DNA of 63,419 nt, counting the filler, from Sluysia triapertura (lineage: Eukaryota): NCBI GenBank assembly GCA_046118255.1. It is 5 parts of 5 records of this genome, joined end to end, with 100 filler letters (N's around TTAATTAATTAA, not from the genome) between each part and the next. Parts side by side here need not be neighbours in the genome. Positions count along the whole stretch, not along the records: positions 25,577 to 39,199 come from JBJNIA010028721.1; positions 39,300 to 51,404 come from JBJNIA010139170.1; 3 more parts are not named here. One strand, given 5' to 3'. The notes under the pieces were generated by a model. That model saw nothing but the letters and a program-made list of their open reading frames with translations. It was not told the DNA's origin and did not search any database. Position numbers and translations under genes: made by a program. Shown one piece after another: positions 29,400 through 40,912 of the stretch (position 1 is its first letter; each line of letters opens with the position of its first letter).

Positions 29400-29790
29400 A
29401 ATGATCAACTCAATGATTATTTTTCTCAACTCTACTCGGCTTATTTTATCCTAAATTACTTATCACATTAAAATAACTATCATTAGAATTAACAATATAC
29501 ATACAAATAATGAATTTAATCTTAGTTTTCATAAATCCATTGATTTGCAACAATTCACATTCAATTTTCTAAAGTTTAAGGTTCTTATTTTCAAGAAGAT
29601 CAAATTCAGTTCTGAATTCTCATCTTTCTTCTATTTAATTCATTATTTTTTAATCATTCCAAATATGAAAATTCTATAATTGAGAATTAATTAAAATTTG
29701 ACTGCTCAATATTAAGAATTTCCTTGAACGAACTCGATCAAATCGTATCTTCATCGAAAGATCTCATTAAAAAACGCAAACATAGTCACA
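29400..29790 (-). repeat. Repeat 'module B' partial copy (inverted)
   Basis: CTCTACTCG, AAGGTTCT and ATCTTCATCGAAAGATCTC are reverse complements of anchors in 7000-7400. Confidence 0.75.
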
Positions 29791-30784
29791 ACTTTATCAT
29801 AGCATTTGTTACAATGTACTTTTACCTAATACAGATTTTGTACTAAAGTGGCTCACGATATTTGATAAATAGTTGATCATTAAAGCACATTTTAACTACA
29901 TCAACAATGTAATATACTAAGTATATTTAAAGCTAAACCTTTGTCATATTACAATAAATCGAGTATTCGTAACGATATAATGTCACAACCCTAAAAATGT
30001 TATAATTTTATAATAATCTAGAATAAATAATTTTGTGAAAGTTAACTTTTATATTAATTAATACCATTTATAACAATAATAATCAATTATATTACTATAT
30101 TAATTATGGTTTAAAAATTAATTATTTATATTAATAAACGTATAAATATTATCATTGTATTCATATAGTGATTATGTGAATTGAAATATTTTATTAATTG
30201 AAATATTTTTTAAATTATTGAATCAACTTTGGATTAATATTAATTTTTGAATGGAGATTTATCAATTAAATTTTTAATGCGATAATGGAAATTAATGAAT
30301 TTTTAATACGTTAAAAGCAAAATTACCTATATTTTCGCCAAAATAATATCTTTAATTATTAATGGGTAAAAGTACACAATTTAAATAGCTGTGGGAAACA
30401 ATAAAGACTCAGAATTTATTTCTTTTACATACCAGTCTAGGAAGATATGCTGGGTAATCGTAATTCTTCATTTTCACAAAATTGAGTATTCAATTTTATT
30501 ACTGGTGAACTGAAATCTTTGACAAAGAACCATTAAAACTATTTGATTGTTTAATTGATTAAACTTGGAAAAGAACATTGCGACCTTATAAAACTCGATG
30601 GACGATTTGGATTTGGGAAACTGCATTAATTTCTGTACCATTAAAAATCTTAAGTTACCCTCATGTTAATCGCAAGAATTAAAATAATACTTAACATATG
30701 TAATTGTTTTCAGCTAGTTTAAAGCTAGCTTTAAAATCGTATTTTTGTATTCATATTAAGAAATTGTATATATATATATATATA

Positions 30785-30961
30785 CACCTATCCCCTCATT
30801 TACACGGTAGATACGTTCCTGAGAAAACCGTGTAAATCGAAAAGCTACTAAATTACAGTAGCATTTAGTAGAGTGCGATAAAAACAAAAAAAACTTATTT
30901 GGAAAACCGTGTAAAAGTGAAAACGTGTAAAACATGTACCGTGTAAATCGGGGGATAGGTG
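30785..30961. mobile_element. MITE (Tc1/mariner-pogo superfamily-like), 177 bp
   Basis: 23-bp TIRs CACCTATCCCCTCATTTACACGG / CCGTGTAAATCGGGGGATAGGTG, flanked by TA on both sides; internal repeats of CGTGTAAA. Confidence 0.85.
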
Positions 30962-32839
30962 TATACATATACTATTACAATTTTGTTGCATGTAAAAGTG
31001 TAATAAAACTATTTGAATATCCGAATTATTTGATATAATACATATTAGTTGTGTTAGTGCTTTAGAGAGATTAGTTGAATCCTTAATCGTAAAGGGAAAT
31101 TTTACAATATATTAGAAATATTTCAAAATAAATTGCAATATAAATATTTGAGTAATTAATATGGGAAATTAACATTTGAAACATCATATTAACCCAGAAA
31201 AGGACAGAATTGATAAATTATAAAAAGAACAGTATAAAGTCTGTACCTTATAAGTAGATCATAGAATAACGATTAATTAACTTCAACGTTGGATTATTCA
31301 TAGGCCCTTAATCTAGTAAATCCTTTAGACTCCTTTCTTTTGCAGTGTAAAATCTTCATTAGAGGCGAACCCGAATTTTAATTCTATACATTATAAAAGA
31401 AACACCTACAATTAGGTTAAATGAAAAATGGAAAATTAGTGAAAATGATTAGACAAGAAATGAGCTCTATAGATAAATAAAAACACCCAAATTGCAAAAA
31501 AGAAGACGGATATAAATGTAACTATAATGTAGAATAAAATATAGCTAAATAAATTAAAGAGCCTAACCCTTTGAATTAAATCTTAAATACAACATTATCC
31601 TATTTAAAATATGGGCTACTAAATATCTTATTTCCGGAAAGTGAAACAAAATCGGTATATTATTGTAAATTAGATATTTGAATGCATTAGTAGAAAAGAT
31701 AAATAAAAATTTAGTTCTATTTGAGAAATCAGCATGATTAATGAGATAAAATGATAGAAACTTATTAGCGATATGGAAACATAAATGCTATGAAATGCAT
31801 TTTCGTAAATAATTGCGAGTTTAATAATTAAATTAATGCTAACCTTAACCTAACGATAGACTGCCCTGTAGGACTTTTACTAATCTTACTGCTAAATTAA
31901 AGTGAAAAGCTATATGATCCTGAAGTAGTTCCATAAATTAAACCAAATATTGATTATTTAGTTTTAACAGACTTAACTTATTCTGCTCTCTATGTGGAGT
32001 TCTAACAAATTACTGTAATAACTACAGTATAAAGGTTTATTATATAAAAACAATGATACTTGATCAACAATAACAAATAACAAATTGTTTGTTGATTAGA
32101 AACATTATAAATATTTATTCATAAAACAAAAATATGCTGTGGTATTTATTTGTTGAAATTTTCTACTAATGTTTGATCCACTAAACCTTCTTTTTAAATA
32201 ACTTTTGAGATGGTACTATGTCTGCTTTGGAAACATTCAAGCTTTAAAAGTATCCTTTCCAATTTTACTTGCAATTCGTAGTGGCATAGTCTTGATCATA
32301 TCGGCAGATATAATAAAGTTTTTGTCTTTTCTTAACAAACCACTCTCATACACTAAGATGTCAATTTTTAAGGTAGAGAAGTTATTATAAACTCATTTTT
32401 ATTTACAATATCCACTTTATTTTTAAGAATTTTGTTTATGACTCCAATAGGGATATTAAATTTCGCTGCCAGATCTTTTTGACAGATCTTTTTGATAACC
32501 TGGATTTTTTGGTCAATAGTGTAACTTTTTCTACTTTTTTCTTATTATTCCGCATTAATATGAAGTAAATTTTAATAAAATCTAGTATTAAAACCAAATA
32601 TTTTTTGAATTTATTTATATATTCTAATTCTATTTTTTTCAAAAAATGTGATGTTCGTTAAGTAGGAGTATTCATTATGTATAGGTGGACTGTACATATT
32701 AAAATCAATTTAATATTCAAACATGAGTTTTGATTTTTTGATTCTCAAAGAGGCTTGGATTATTTGTGTTAGAGTGTTTGATTGGATGATGAGAGTATAA
32801 AATAAAAATTTCTAAATTTTTACATCACAATTGCTCAAT

Positions 32840-32980
32840 CAAAGGTACTCTAATACCTTCAAAGGTTTTTCAAATCCATATCAAGCTTCCTCAAGGCCTC
32901 AACACCTTATATAGGTCTTTGAAACTCTAAGGCATTCTTCAGTTGCTAACCTTATTATAAATGTTTTTATTTTCATGATC
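32840..32980 (-). repeat. Repeat 'module B' 5' part (inverted)
   Basis: Reverse complement resembles 6560-6650 (GAAGAA..CCTT.GAGTT.CA.AGACCT). Confidence 0.6.
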
Positions 32981-34329
32981 ATTTCCAACCATGTTTATAC
33001 TTTCAATCTATCACTTCGTATCAACTCTTCCTTCATTTTGTGATTCCATGTTTCTTACTCATCTCCTAATTCACAGTTTGACATATCCCAACATATCTCA
33101 TCATCCGAAGAAAATGTCTTACCTCAGACATAAAGAGAACTGAAACTCAAGCAGCATAAAAAAATTCTACATTCTATACTCCCAAGGAATCCCATCAAAT
33201 ACTCATCAAAACCAGAGCGATACTCAAAATCATATTAACATTCTATTATTATATCATGACAATCCCAAGTATAATACATAACAAGCAATAAATGCATATA
33301 ATATACATTGTTGGTAAAACGTAACAAAATCATCTAATGTTTGTTTAACAATTTACATAACTAATATGATTAGAAAATCATTAAAATAAAAATTTCCATT
33401 TCAAAAAAGAAATATAAAATGTTCTTGTTTAAATAACTCAATTAAATTATATTAATTTAATTATATTAAACTAATATCTTTTTTCTTTCCATCACACTCT
33501 AACACTCATACATTCATCTCTTACGTATCTAATAAAATCAATCCATACCCACAATTCCACAACATACAAATCACAATTACATGCAACATTACCAATTTAC
33601 ACCAACTAATCCACCTAAAACATGTTACTCGACATTCACAATAATCCAACGACAAACACATTCGAATCCTTCATTTTACACTACACTTTAATATTTAATA
33701 TTTAATAATATGTATTTAATAGTTTATTTGCCTAAACTAAACCATATAAATGTAATATATAAACCACAATTACATTTAATACCATCAGATAACACCAACA
33801 AATCGACTTGAAACATGTAAAATATCTACTTCACATCCTCGAATCAATTACAACATCTTAAATTCACTATTTGTCTATGCATAATCATCAACAACACAGT
33901 ACAACAACAAAACATCAAACAAACAAATCACATTAAACATTACACAATAATACTTTAAATATACTAAGAGTTGTATTGTAGTTGCCTTTTTAGATTTACT
34001 AAATTACAATCTTCTCAATAAGCCTTTTATCCACGATCTTCCAATACTTAAATCTTGTCTTCAACAATGAACTTTAATCAATATCTAAGAACTTATTCTA
34101 ACATTATTTCATTTCACGACTCAAATCAATTATTATGTCTTCAAAGAATATTTACACTTATCAATTCATTCAAAACATTCTTACTCAGAAACTTTAGTCT
34201 CAAACACATTTTAAATTTATTTCAGCATGTTAGCAATCTTTAAGAATCAAAGGAAGATCGTGTACAGTTTTAAAGAATTCAATTTTATGCAACGAAATAA
34301 CAACAATAACTCGAACATTATGCACCCTC

Positions 34330-34740
34330 TTATTGTCGCTATTTCATTCAATGTTATCAATTTTTATTTCATTTTTATCTTTTATATGTTGAGAAGAAAG
34401 ACTAAAAGAAAGTAAGCTCGTGTATAATAACTAAGAAAAGAAATTTATGCAATTTTTTCATTTTTCTTTGTTAATAATAATAATAATATTGTTATTGTTA
34501 TTATTATTATCAAATTATTAAATTAATTATAATTAAATTTTTATAAAATACCACAACTAGTTACCACCATCACCAGTGTTGACATTGCTCATCACAATCT
34601 TCGTTATCGTATCGACACTGATTATGTCCAACCATCAGTAATCATTGTTTTTGTTGATCAATTTGTTCTTTGTACCTGTCATCCAATCAGGAATAATTTT
34701 ATTAAACTGTATATTAAGGAACCCTGATTGGATGACCAAG
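34330..34740 (+). repeat. Repeat 'module A' copy 2
   Basis: TTTTATATGTT..GAA...TCGTGTA...ATTTATGCA, an AT-triplet tract, AGTTAC.ACCA and a 14-bp inverted repeat 34678-34691 / 34723-34736, in the same order as copy 1. Confidence 0.7.
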
Positions 34741-34839
34741 CACGTTCTCAAAACTAAAAATAAACTTGCTAAAAATAAAACTACATTAATGTAATAAAAT
34801 TTTTATCGATTATAACACAATATCTTATTTACGATAAAA

Positions 34840-36456
34840 ATGAGACGTCCAGCCATAAAGGAGTTATTGATAAATCTCAAATGTATCTATTTATACCAAA
34901 AATTTTCGTTTTACCAAAATCAGTAGACAATTCTAAAGCTCTACTGCAGGCACTTCCAAGTAATTTAAAGCATCGAAATTATGACGATTTATCTTTATTT
35001 GTAAAAGTCAATTCTCATATGATTCTTGTATGTAAAAATAAATATCCATCAATTCGCGATCTAGAAAAAGCTCGCCTGATATTACTATTCATGACAGCAT
35101 GCAATGTCAAAACACTATCATTCAATTCAGTGAAACCTGATACGTCTATGGATGTTTTATTTCAATTAAGAGACTATAAAGACTCAAATGCCTCTGCCAT
35201 TTATTCCATGAAATAATAACCGATTATTATAAAGGAACATATTATTGTTCGGCTGATGAAATTAAAGTTGTTAGACGTAATCATATTTGGAATATCGTAT
35301 TTGAACAAAACTTTTGGCAGTTAGTAAACATTCATTTAGTTACTCGATATGTTACAATATGTGAAGACATCAAAGAACCAATAGTCCATGAGAGCGATAA
35401 TTCCCATTTCATTATCAAACCGAGATAGACAGTTTTCAGATATTACAAAAAAAATCCGAAATGGCCAACCATGGAATGTTGTTTAACTCCTGAACAGTTT
35501 GTTTTGTTACCATTAGAAAATATGCAGTAGTATACAGTAAAAGCTGTCATCGTTTCATGTTAAGATTTGTTACTGAAAGAACTATCGACCCATTGAGACA
35601 ACATCCATGCTATACCAGAAAATACAATCAAGTGCCTTTTGGGAGAACAAAAGTTAAGTGTCTGTTCGAGTATAACAAAAATTCATTCGTTGGTGAAATA
35701 TCTTAACGTAATTATTTTATTTGTCTATATTTATAATTATCTAAATGTTGTTTTTATTTTAGAGATTAAATTCAAGGCTAGGTTCAATGCAACGTATGGA
35801 TACTTGACAAGAAAAATTAAAATTTTAGTTGTAATAACAATTAATAAATTTACGTCTTGTAATTTTTTGTGTTTTGATTATCTTAAAATTTATTTAAAGT
35901 ATGGCATAATATTTGAGATAACTTTAAAAGAAATATTTTTAATCTACTTCAATTGTTATAAAGCTTGTTTTCACGAAATTAATAATTGTTCAATAACTAA
36001 TAAATATCATTATCAGCTAAAAGACGAAAGTAACTAAAATAGTTAGTCCAAAATTTAATGAACTTCAAAAAAGCGATTTCAAACTTACTGAATCCGAAAT
36101 ATCTATTAACAGAAAAATAATAGAAGCAAAAAATCATACAATTGATAAGAATGATTTAGTAAAAAGTAACCAACATTCAGTAGCTGGTTACGGTGGAATA
36201 AGTGAATCAGATAAAAATAATTCGCCAGCTGATTCTCATGATAAAAATGTAGAAGATTGGCTAAATTCAAAAAATCTAAATGAATCGGTTGAATCAGTTC
36301 ATAGATTAACTCTAGACGAAACTGAAGTTACGCATTCTTTCGCTCCAGTCATCAAAAATAGAAATGAAGTAATAAAACTTGGACGCTTAATACTAATTTA
36401 CGGTTATGTTGTAGGTATATTTGTACGTTTTACTTCAACGTTTTATTGTTTTTAAA
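34840..36456 (+). pseudogene. Disrupted or spliced coding region of unknown family downstream of module A
   Basis: ORF 34881-35216, a continuation in another frame (HEIITDYYKGTYYCSADEIKVVRRNHIW...), and an ATG-less ~135-codon open frame at ~36050-36456. Confidence 0.4.
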
Positions 36457-36647
36457 ATAAAGTTTTAAATTTTGTTTCATTAAATTTGTTATTTTTTAAA
36501 GGCATTAGGCTTAGTTTATTAATTAAAAACTTTAGTATTTCGTTAATTGTTTTAAATTTAAGTTTAATAGTTTTTTGCTAAGTAAATTCTTAATTTTTAT
36601 TAATATAAATTCAAGAAGAAATAAATGCAATATTTTAACCTTAAAAT

Positions 36648-36886
36648 NNNNNNNNNNNNNNNNNNNNNNNNNNNNNNNNNNNNNNNNNNNNNNNNNNNNN
36701 NNNNNNNNNNNNNNNNNNNNNNNNNNNNNNNNNNNNNNNNNNNNNNNNNNNNNNNNNNNNNNNNNNNNNNNNNNNNNNNNNNNNNNNNNNNNNNNNNNNN
36801 NNNNNNNNNNNNNNNNNNNNNNNNNNNNNNNNNNNNNNNNNNNNNNNNNNNNNNNNNNNNNNNNNNNNNNNNNNNNNNNNNNNNNN
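36648..36886. other. Assembly gap
   Basis: N run; the ORF-track extension through it is artificial. Confidence 0.98.
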
Positions 36887-38318
36887 TTAATTGATGTTGA
36901 TATGAGAAAGTGTCTGAAAGAATGATTGAGGGCGTATTTTTATGTGATGGTCGAGTGTATAGATGAATGTTAGACTTGTTACAAGAAAGAATCAAGTTTA
37001 TGTATTTAATTGATTTAAAATTAGAAGTTAAATAGATTCGATTTAATATAACTTTAAGTAGTGTAGTCTTGTTTTGAATGACCACAAGATGGTTAATACG
37101 GTTAATATTATGTTGTGATAACCTAATTAAAGTTCTATAGTTTGTGGAAGTAGATTCTTTTACTTTAGCAAATTGATTAACTTCTTTAAAAATTTTGTGA
37201 TGTTCTTTTGTTAAACAAAACTCATTTAATCCCTTATACCTTTTGTTGATAATTCTTAAAATTTGTACATTTACTTTATTGTTAACGTTATGCGCATAAA
37301 AATAATTAAAAGACTTAAATTTGGGGTTTATTATTCTAAATAAAAATGTTTTAATTGTTATTTCTTGACAGCTTTTTCTTGTTCCATCGAATCCATTTTC
37401 GTGAATTGAGAAGAAGACTTTTCTAAAAGTGATAAAATGATAAGAATAATTATTTAAAAAGTCATAATAATGTTGTATCATCGAATTTTTACCTTTAATG
37501 GCAGGATGAATTGAATCTCGAATAGTGGCGTCGCTTGAGTCTCTAATGGCAACATCTCTGGAACCTCTGATAGCAGCATGATTTGGCTGTTGAATAAGCA
37601 CTGACGTTATGTAATCGTGTTCTACATTATTCATATCTTTCGCATCGTTATTTACATCGCTATTGAATACTAACGTTGTCAAATCATATTCTACGTTGTT
37701 TACATCTTTCATATCGTTATTTACACCGTTAATGAAAACTAAGTTTATGAAATCATATTCTACATTATCTATAGCTTTCGCATCGTTATTTACATCGCTA
37801 ATGAAAACTAAGTTTGTGAAATCATATTCTACATTATTTATATCTTTCGCATCGTTATTTACATCGCTAATGAAAACTAAGTTTGTGAAATCATATTCTA
37901 CATTATCTATATCTTTCGCATTGTAATTTACATCGCTAATGAAAACTAAGTTTATAAAATCATATTCTACATTATTTACATCTTTAGCATCGTTATTTGC
38001 ATCGCCAATGAATACTAAAGTTATGAAATCATATTCTACATTATTTATATCTTTCGCATCGTTATTTACATCGCTAATGAAAACTAAATTTATGAAATCA
38101 TATTCTACATTATTTGTATCTTTCAGATCGCTAATGAATATAAGAATAATTGTAATTACCTTTTGTATCCACAGTCTTCGCATCGTTAAAGTATCTTCGA
38201 CTGTTGGAACATACTCTTCCATAAAGATATGTTCTAAGAGTTGACGAAAATTGTTTGATTTACCACTTCGTACAAAAACCAAGATAGTAATTATTTGAAT
38301 TTTATTTGTTCGTGGCAT
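36887..38318 (-). CDS. Long intronless ORF (>=477 aa): degenerate Ras-like N-terminus + 8 x 23-aa tandem repeats + unknown C-terminal region; 3' end lost in gap
   Basis: Uninterrupted frame of >1.4 kb in very AT-rich DNA; N-terminus ILVFVRSGKS...FMEEYVPTVED resembles Ras-family G1 and switch I. Confidence 0.6.
37590..38138 (-). repeat. 69-bp coding minisatellite, about 8 copies (VNNDAKDINNVEYDFINLVFISD)
   Basis: Directly visible in DNA (AAATCATATTCTAC every 69 bp) and in protein. Confidence 0.95.
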
Positions 38319-38499
38319 TGTACGTCGATCGGTGATGGTAATTGTATTAATAATTTATGAATAAATATTGCCAAACGATGAAGAGAATAATTAATATTTT
38401 AATTTATTTCTGATTATTGAAATTTTCAAAATGGCTGTCTGATTATTTTTAATTTTTAATTATGCCTGCCAAAATTTATTGTCTAGATTATTTAATATC

Positions 38500-38854
38500 T
38501 CTGCCCAATCAGATTTGTCGTTGTTGTTCTAATCTGGTTATTATCTGATTGGGCGTTATTTGTGACACTGCTATTTGATATTTTTTTGATTTGTAAACAA
38601 GCTGGAGGATTTTTTACTGTACAAATTTTTTTGTGTCTGCTGCTATTTTTAGATTTAAACGCTAATTGCTTAAGTAATTAGCCCAATCAGAGTATTTTTA
38701 ACATCATTGGAATAACTTGACTCTGATTGGGTGTTTGTGATTGATTTAATTAACAGCTATCATCATCATTGTTACGTACCATTTGTACTATTGATTATTA
38801 CGTGATTCTTACGTAATAATCAAAAATGGTCGCGAATTGCGATAGTCATAATGA

Positions 38855-38902
<48 letters not shown>

Positions 38903-39199
38903 TGAAAATTAAAAAATGATAATAATTGTGATCAAGAGTAATAATAAGAATAATAACGATGGTAAATAATAATGAAAGTGATAATAAAAAGGATGGTAGT
39001 AACTATAAAGTGAAAAAAAGATAAAATGCATAAAGTCTTTAATTTCTTTGATGTCTTTTCACACGAACTTATTCTTTTTGCTCTTACTATTCTGACATAT
39101 AAAGTAATAAAAAAAGTAAAACGGAATAATGTGGATAGGAGACTGTGAAGTAGTAACTGTTGTGGATATATAAAATGTCATTTGTAGTTACTGCTTCAC
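38500..39199 (-). repeat. Repeat 'module A' copy 3 (inverted) with two CCAATCAG inverted repeats
   Basis: Diverged reverse complement of 25577 onward; inverted repeats 38503-38514 / 38543-38554 and 38682-38693 / 38720-38731; (AAT)n at ~38858-38902. Confidence 0.8.
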
Positions 39200-39299
39200 N
39201 NNNNNNNNNNNNNNNNNNNNNNNNNNNNNNNNNNNNNNNNNNNTTAATTAATTAANNNNNNNNNNNNNNNNNNNNNNNNNNNNNNNNNNNNNNNNNNNN
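39200..39299. other. Artificial contig-joining spacer
   Basis: 44 N + TTAATTAATTAA + 44 N. Confidence 0.95.
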
Positions 39300-40697
39300 A
39301 AAATAAAATACATGCAGAAGTTACACAGACATCCTTCTATGGTATCAGAACTTTTATAATCATTATAATGTGATGAGAGCAAATAAATTTTATTCAAATG
39401 TTTATGACAATTAGATGCAGTTTCATTATTTAGTTCATCGTTAACTGGTAAATTATTATTTAGATAAGATTGAAATGATATTAAATTATGCTGTTTATGA
39501 TTAACTGTTATTTTTATTTTTCTTCTAAACCAAGTTGATAATAATGAAACTAAATATGGAATTCGTTTTATTGAATAGATAATAAACAGATATTTAAATT
39601 CAAGTAAAGATTTCAGTGAAAAAATTAGCATGATCATTGCTTTCATATGATTCATTGTTATATCAAACACTTCAAATAACTTCAAGATCAAATTTTCAAA
39701 AGTAAATGTGGTATTTCTTTTTTATCATTTTTGTTAAAGAAAATTTCACGAAACCACAAAGATAAAGTTTTACCTATATTGATAAATAAGCGGTGAGTCA
39801 GTTGAGTCAGTTCGTACATTATAATGATCAACAAATTAAACAAAGAGATGAATAAGGCCAGTAAATAAATATTCATAAATTTGATTTTTCTGTTGCCAAT
39901 TAATTTTTAAAAGTTACAATTTTTATGCCAATAATAATAATTATAAATGATAATAATAATAATAAATATAAGTAATAATAAGAAATATAAATAATAACTT
40001 TTCATAGATCATACATTTATAATGAAGTTTTTCCAATTACCAATCTTTGGAATCATCATTAAAATAAACTTAGAGAAATGACAGTCAATGTCATTTATAT
40101 TAATAATTGTTTAGGTTCAACTTCGTAGATGTAGTGTTTTAGAGGAATGAAATGAAATTGTAGATAATGCATATAAAATTTTTAATTTTTATTTAATATC
40201 TCTAACAGTAAAATCTTTCTGAATCTAGGATGTGCATAATGATGTATTGTATAACTTGTGAATTGTTTTTTAAGATTTCTAAATTAGAATTTGGTAATTT
40301 ACAAAACTATACTTTCAATGAAATTAATTTGACTTTTATGTGTTTTATTATTCTTTTAAAAACAATTTATAATTTCAATTTTAGTATAAAACAACAACAA
40401 ATGAAACATTGCAAAAACGATAATAGTCATAACAGTAACAATTATTAAATCACGATAACTAAAAATTACTACTACAATAATTATTATAATAACGATAATA
40501 GTTACTATAATTATGATAATAGTCATTATTATAATTACAAATTATTACGATTGTATTTATGCTTTGTATGTATAGATTGATCTGTTTAGTAGTTGGTTTG
40601 TGTTGATGTTTGTTGATTTGGAGTTCACTATTATTATTAGTGTTAGTAGTAGTATCAATAATGAGTATCAATAATTTAGTAAATGCACATTTTTCAG

Positions 40698-40912
40698 ACT
40701 TTGTGTAATGACTGGAATTCGAAAATTCTCGATCATCCTAATATGTTACAATTCTTCAAATCAGTAAAAACTATTGCTTATGGAGGTGAATCTACGAAAT
40801 TCAAAACAGATGCATCTATTGTTGGACATGTTAGTTTTTCGTATTTAGTTTAAATTTGTGCAGTTAAAAACGATTTTCTTAATGAATTTCCAGCTGCTAA
40901 TTGAGATTAAAG
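40698..40912 (+). CDS. Two probable exons of an unidentified gene (40698-40829 and 40894-40912)
   Basis: TTTTCAG acceptor, 132-nt open exon TLCNDWNSKILDHPNMLQFFKSVKTIAYGGESTKFKTDASIVGH, GTTAGT donor, 64-nt intron, TTTCCAG acceptor, 19-nt exon LLIEIK, GTGAGT donor. Confidence 0.55.

Noticed and set aside
37590-38138. Regular 69-bp array as a possible CRISPR array
   Set aside because: Whole units are repeated with no unique spacers, the period is a multiple of 3 within an ORF, there are no cas genes, and the context is eukaryotic.
37663-38244. Plus-strand ORFs over the minisatellite
   Set aside because: Antisense shadows of the coding repeat.
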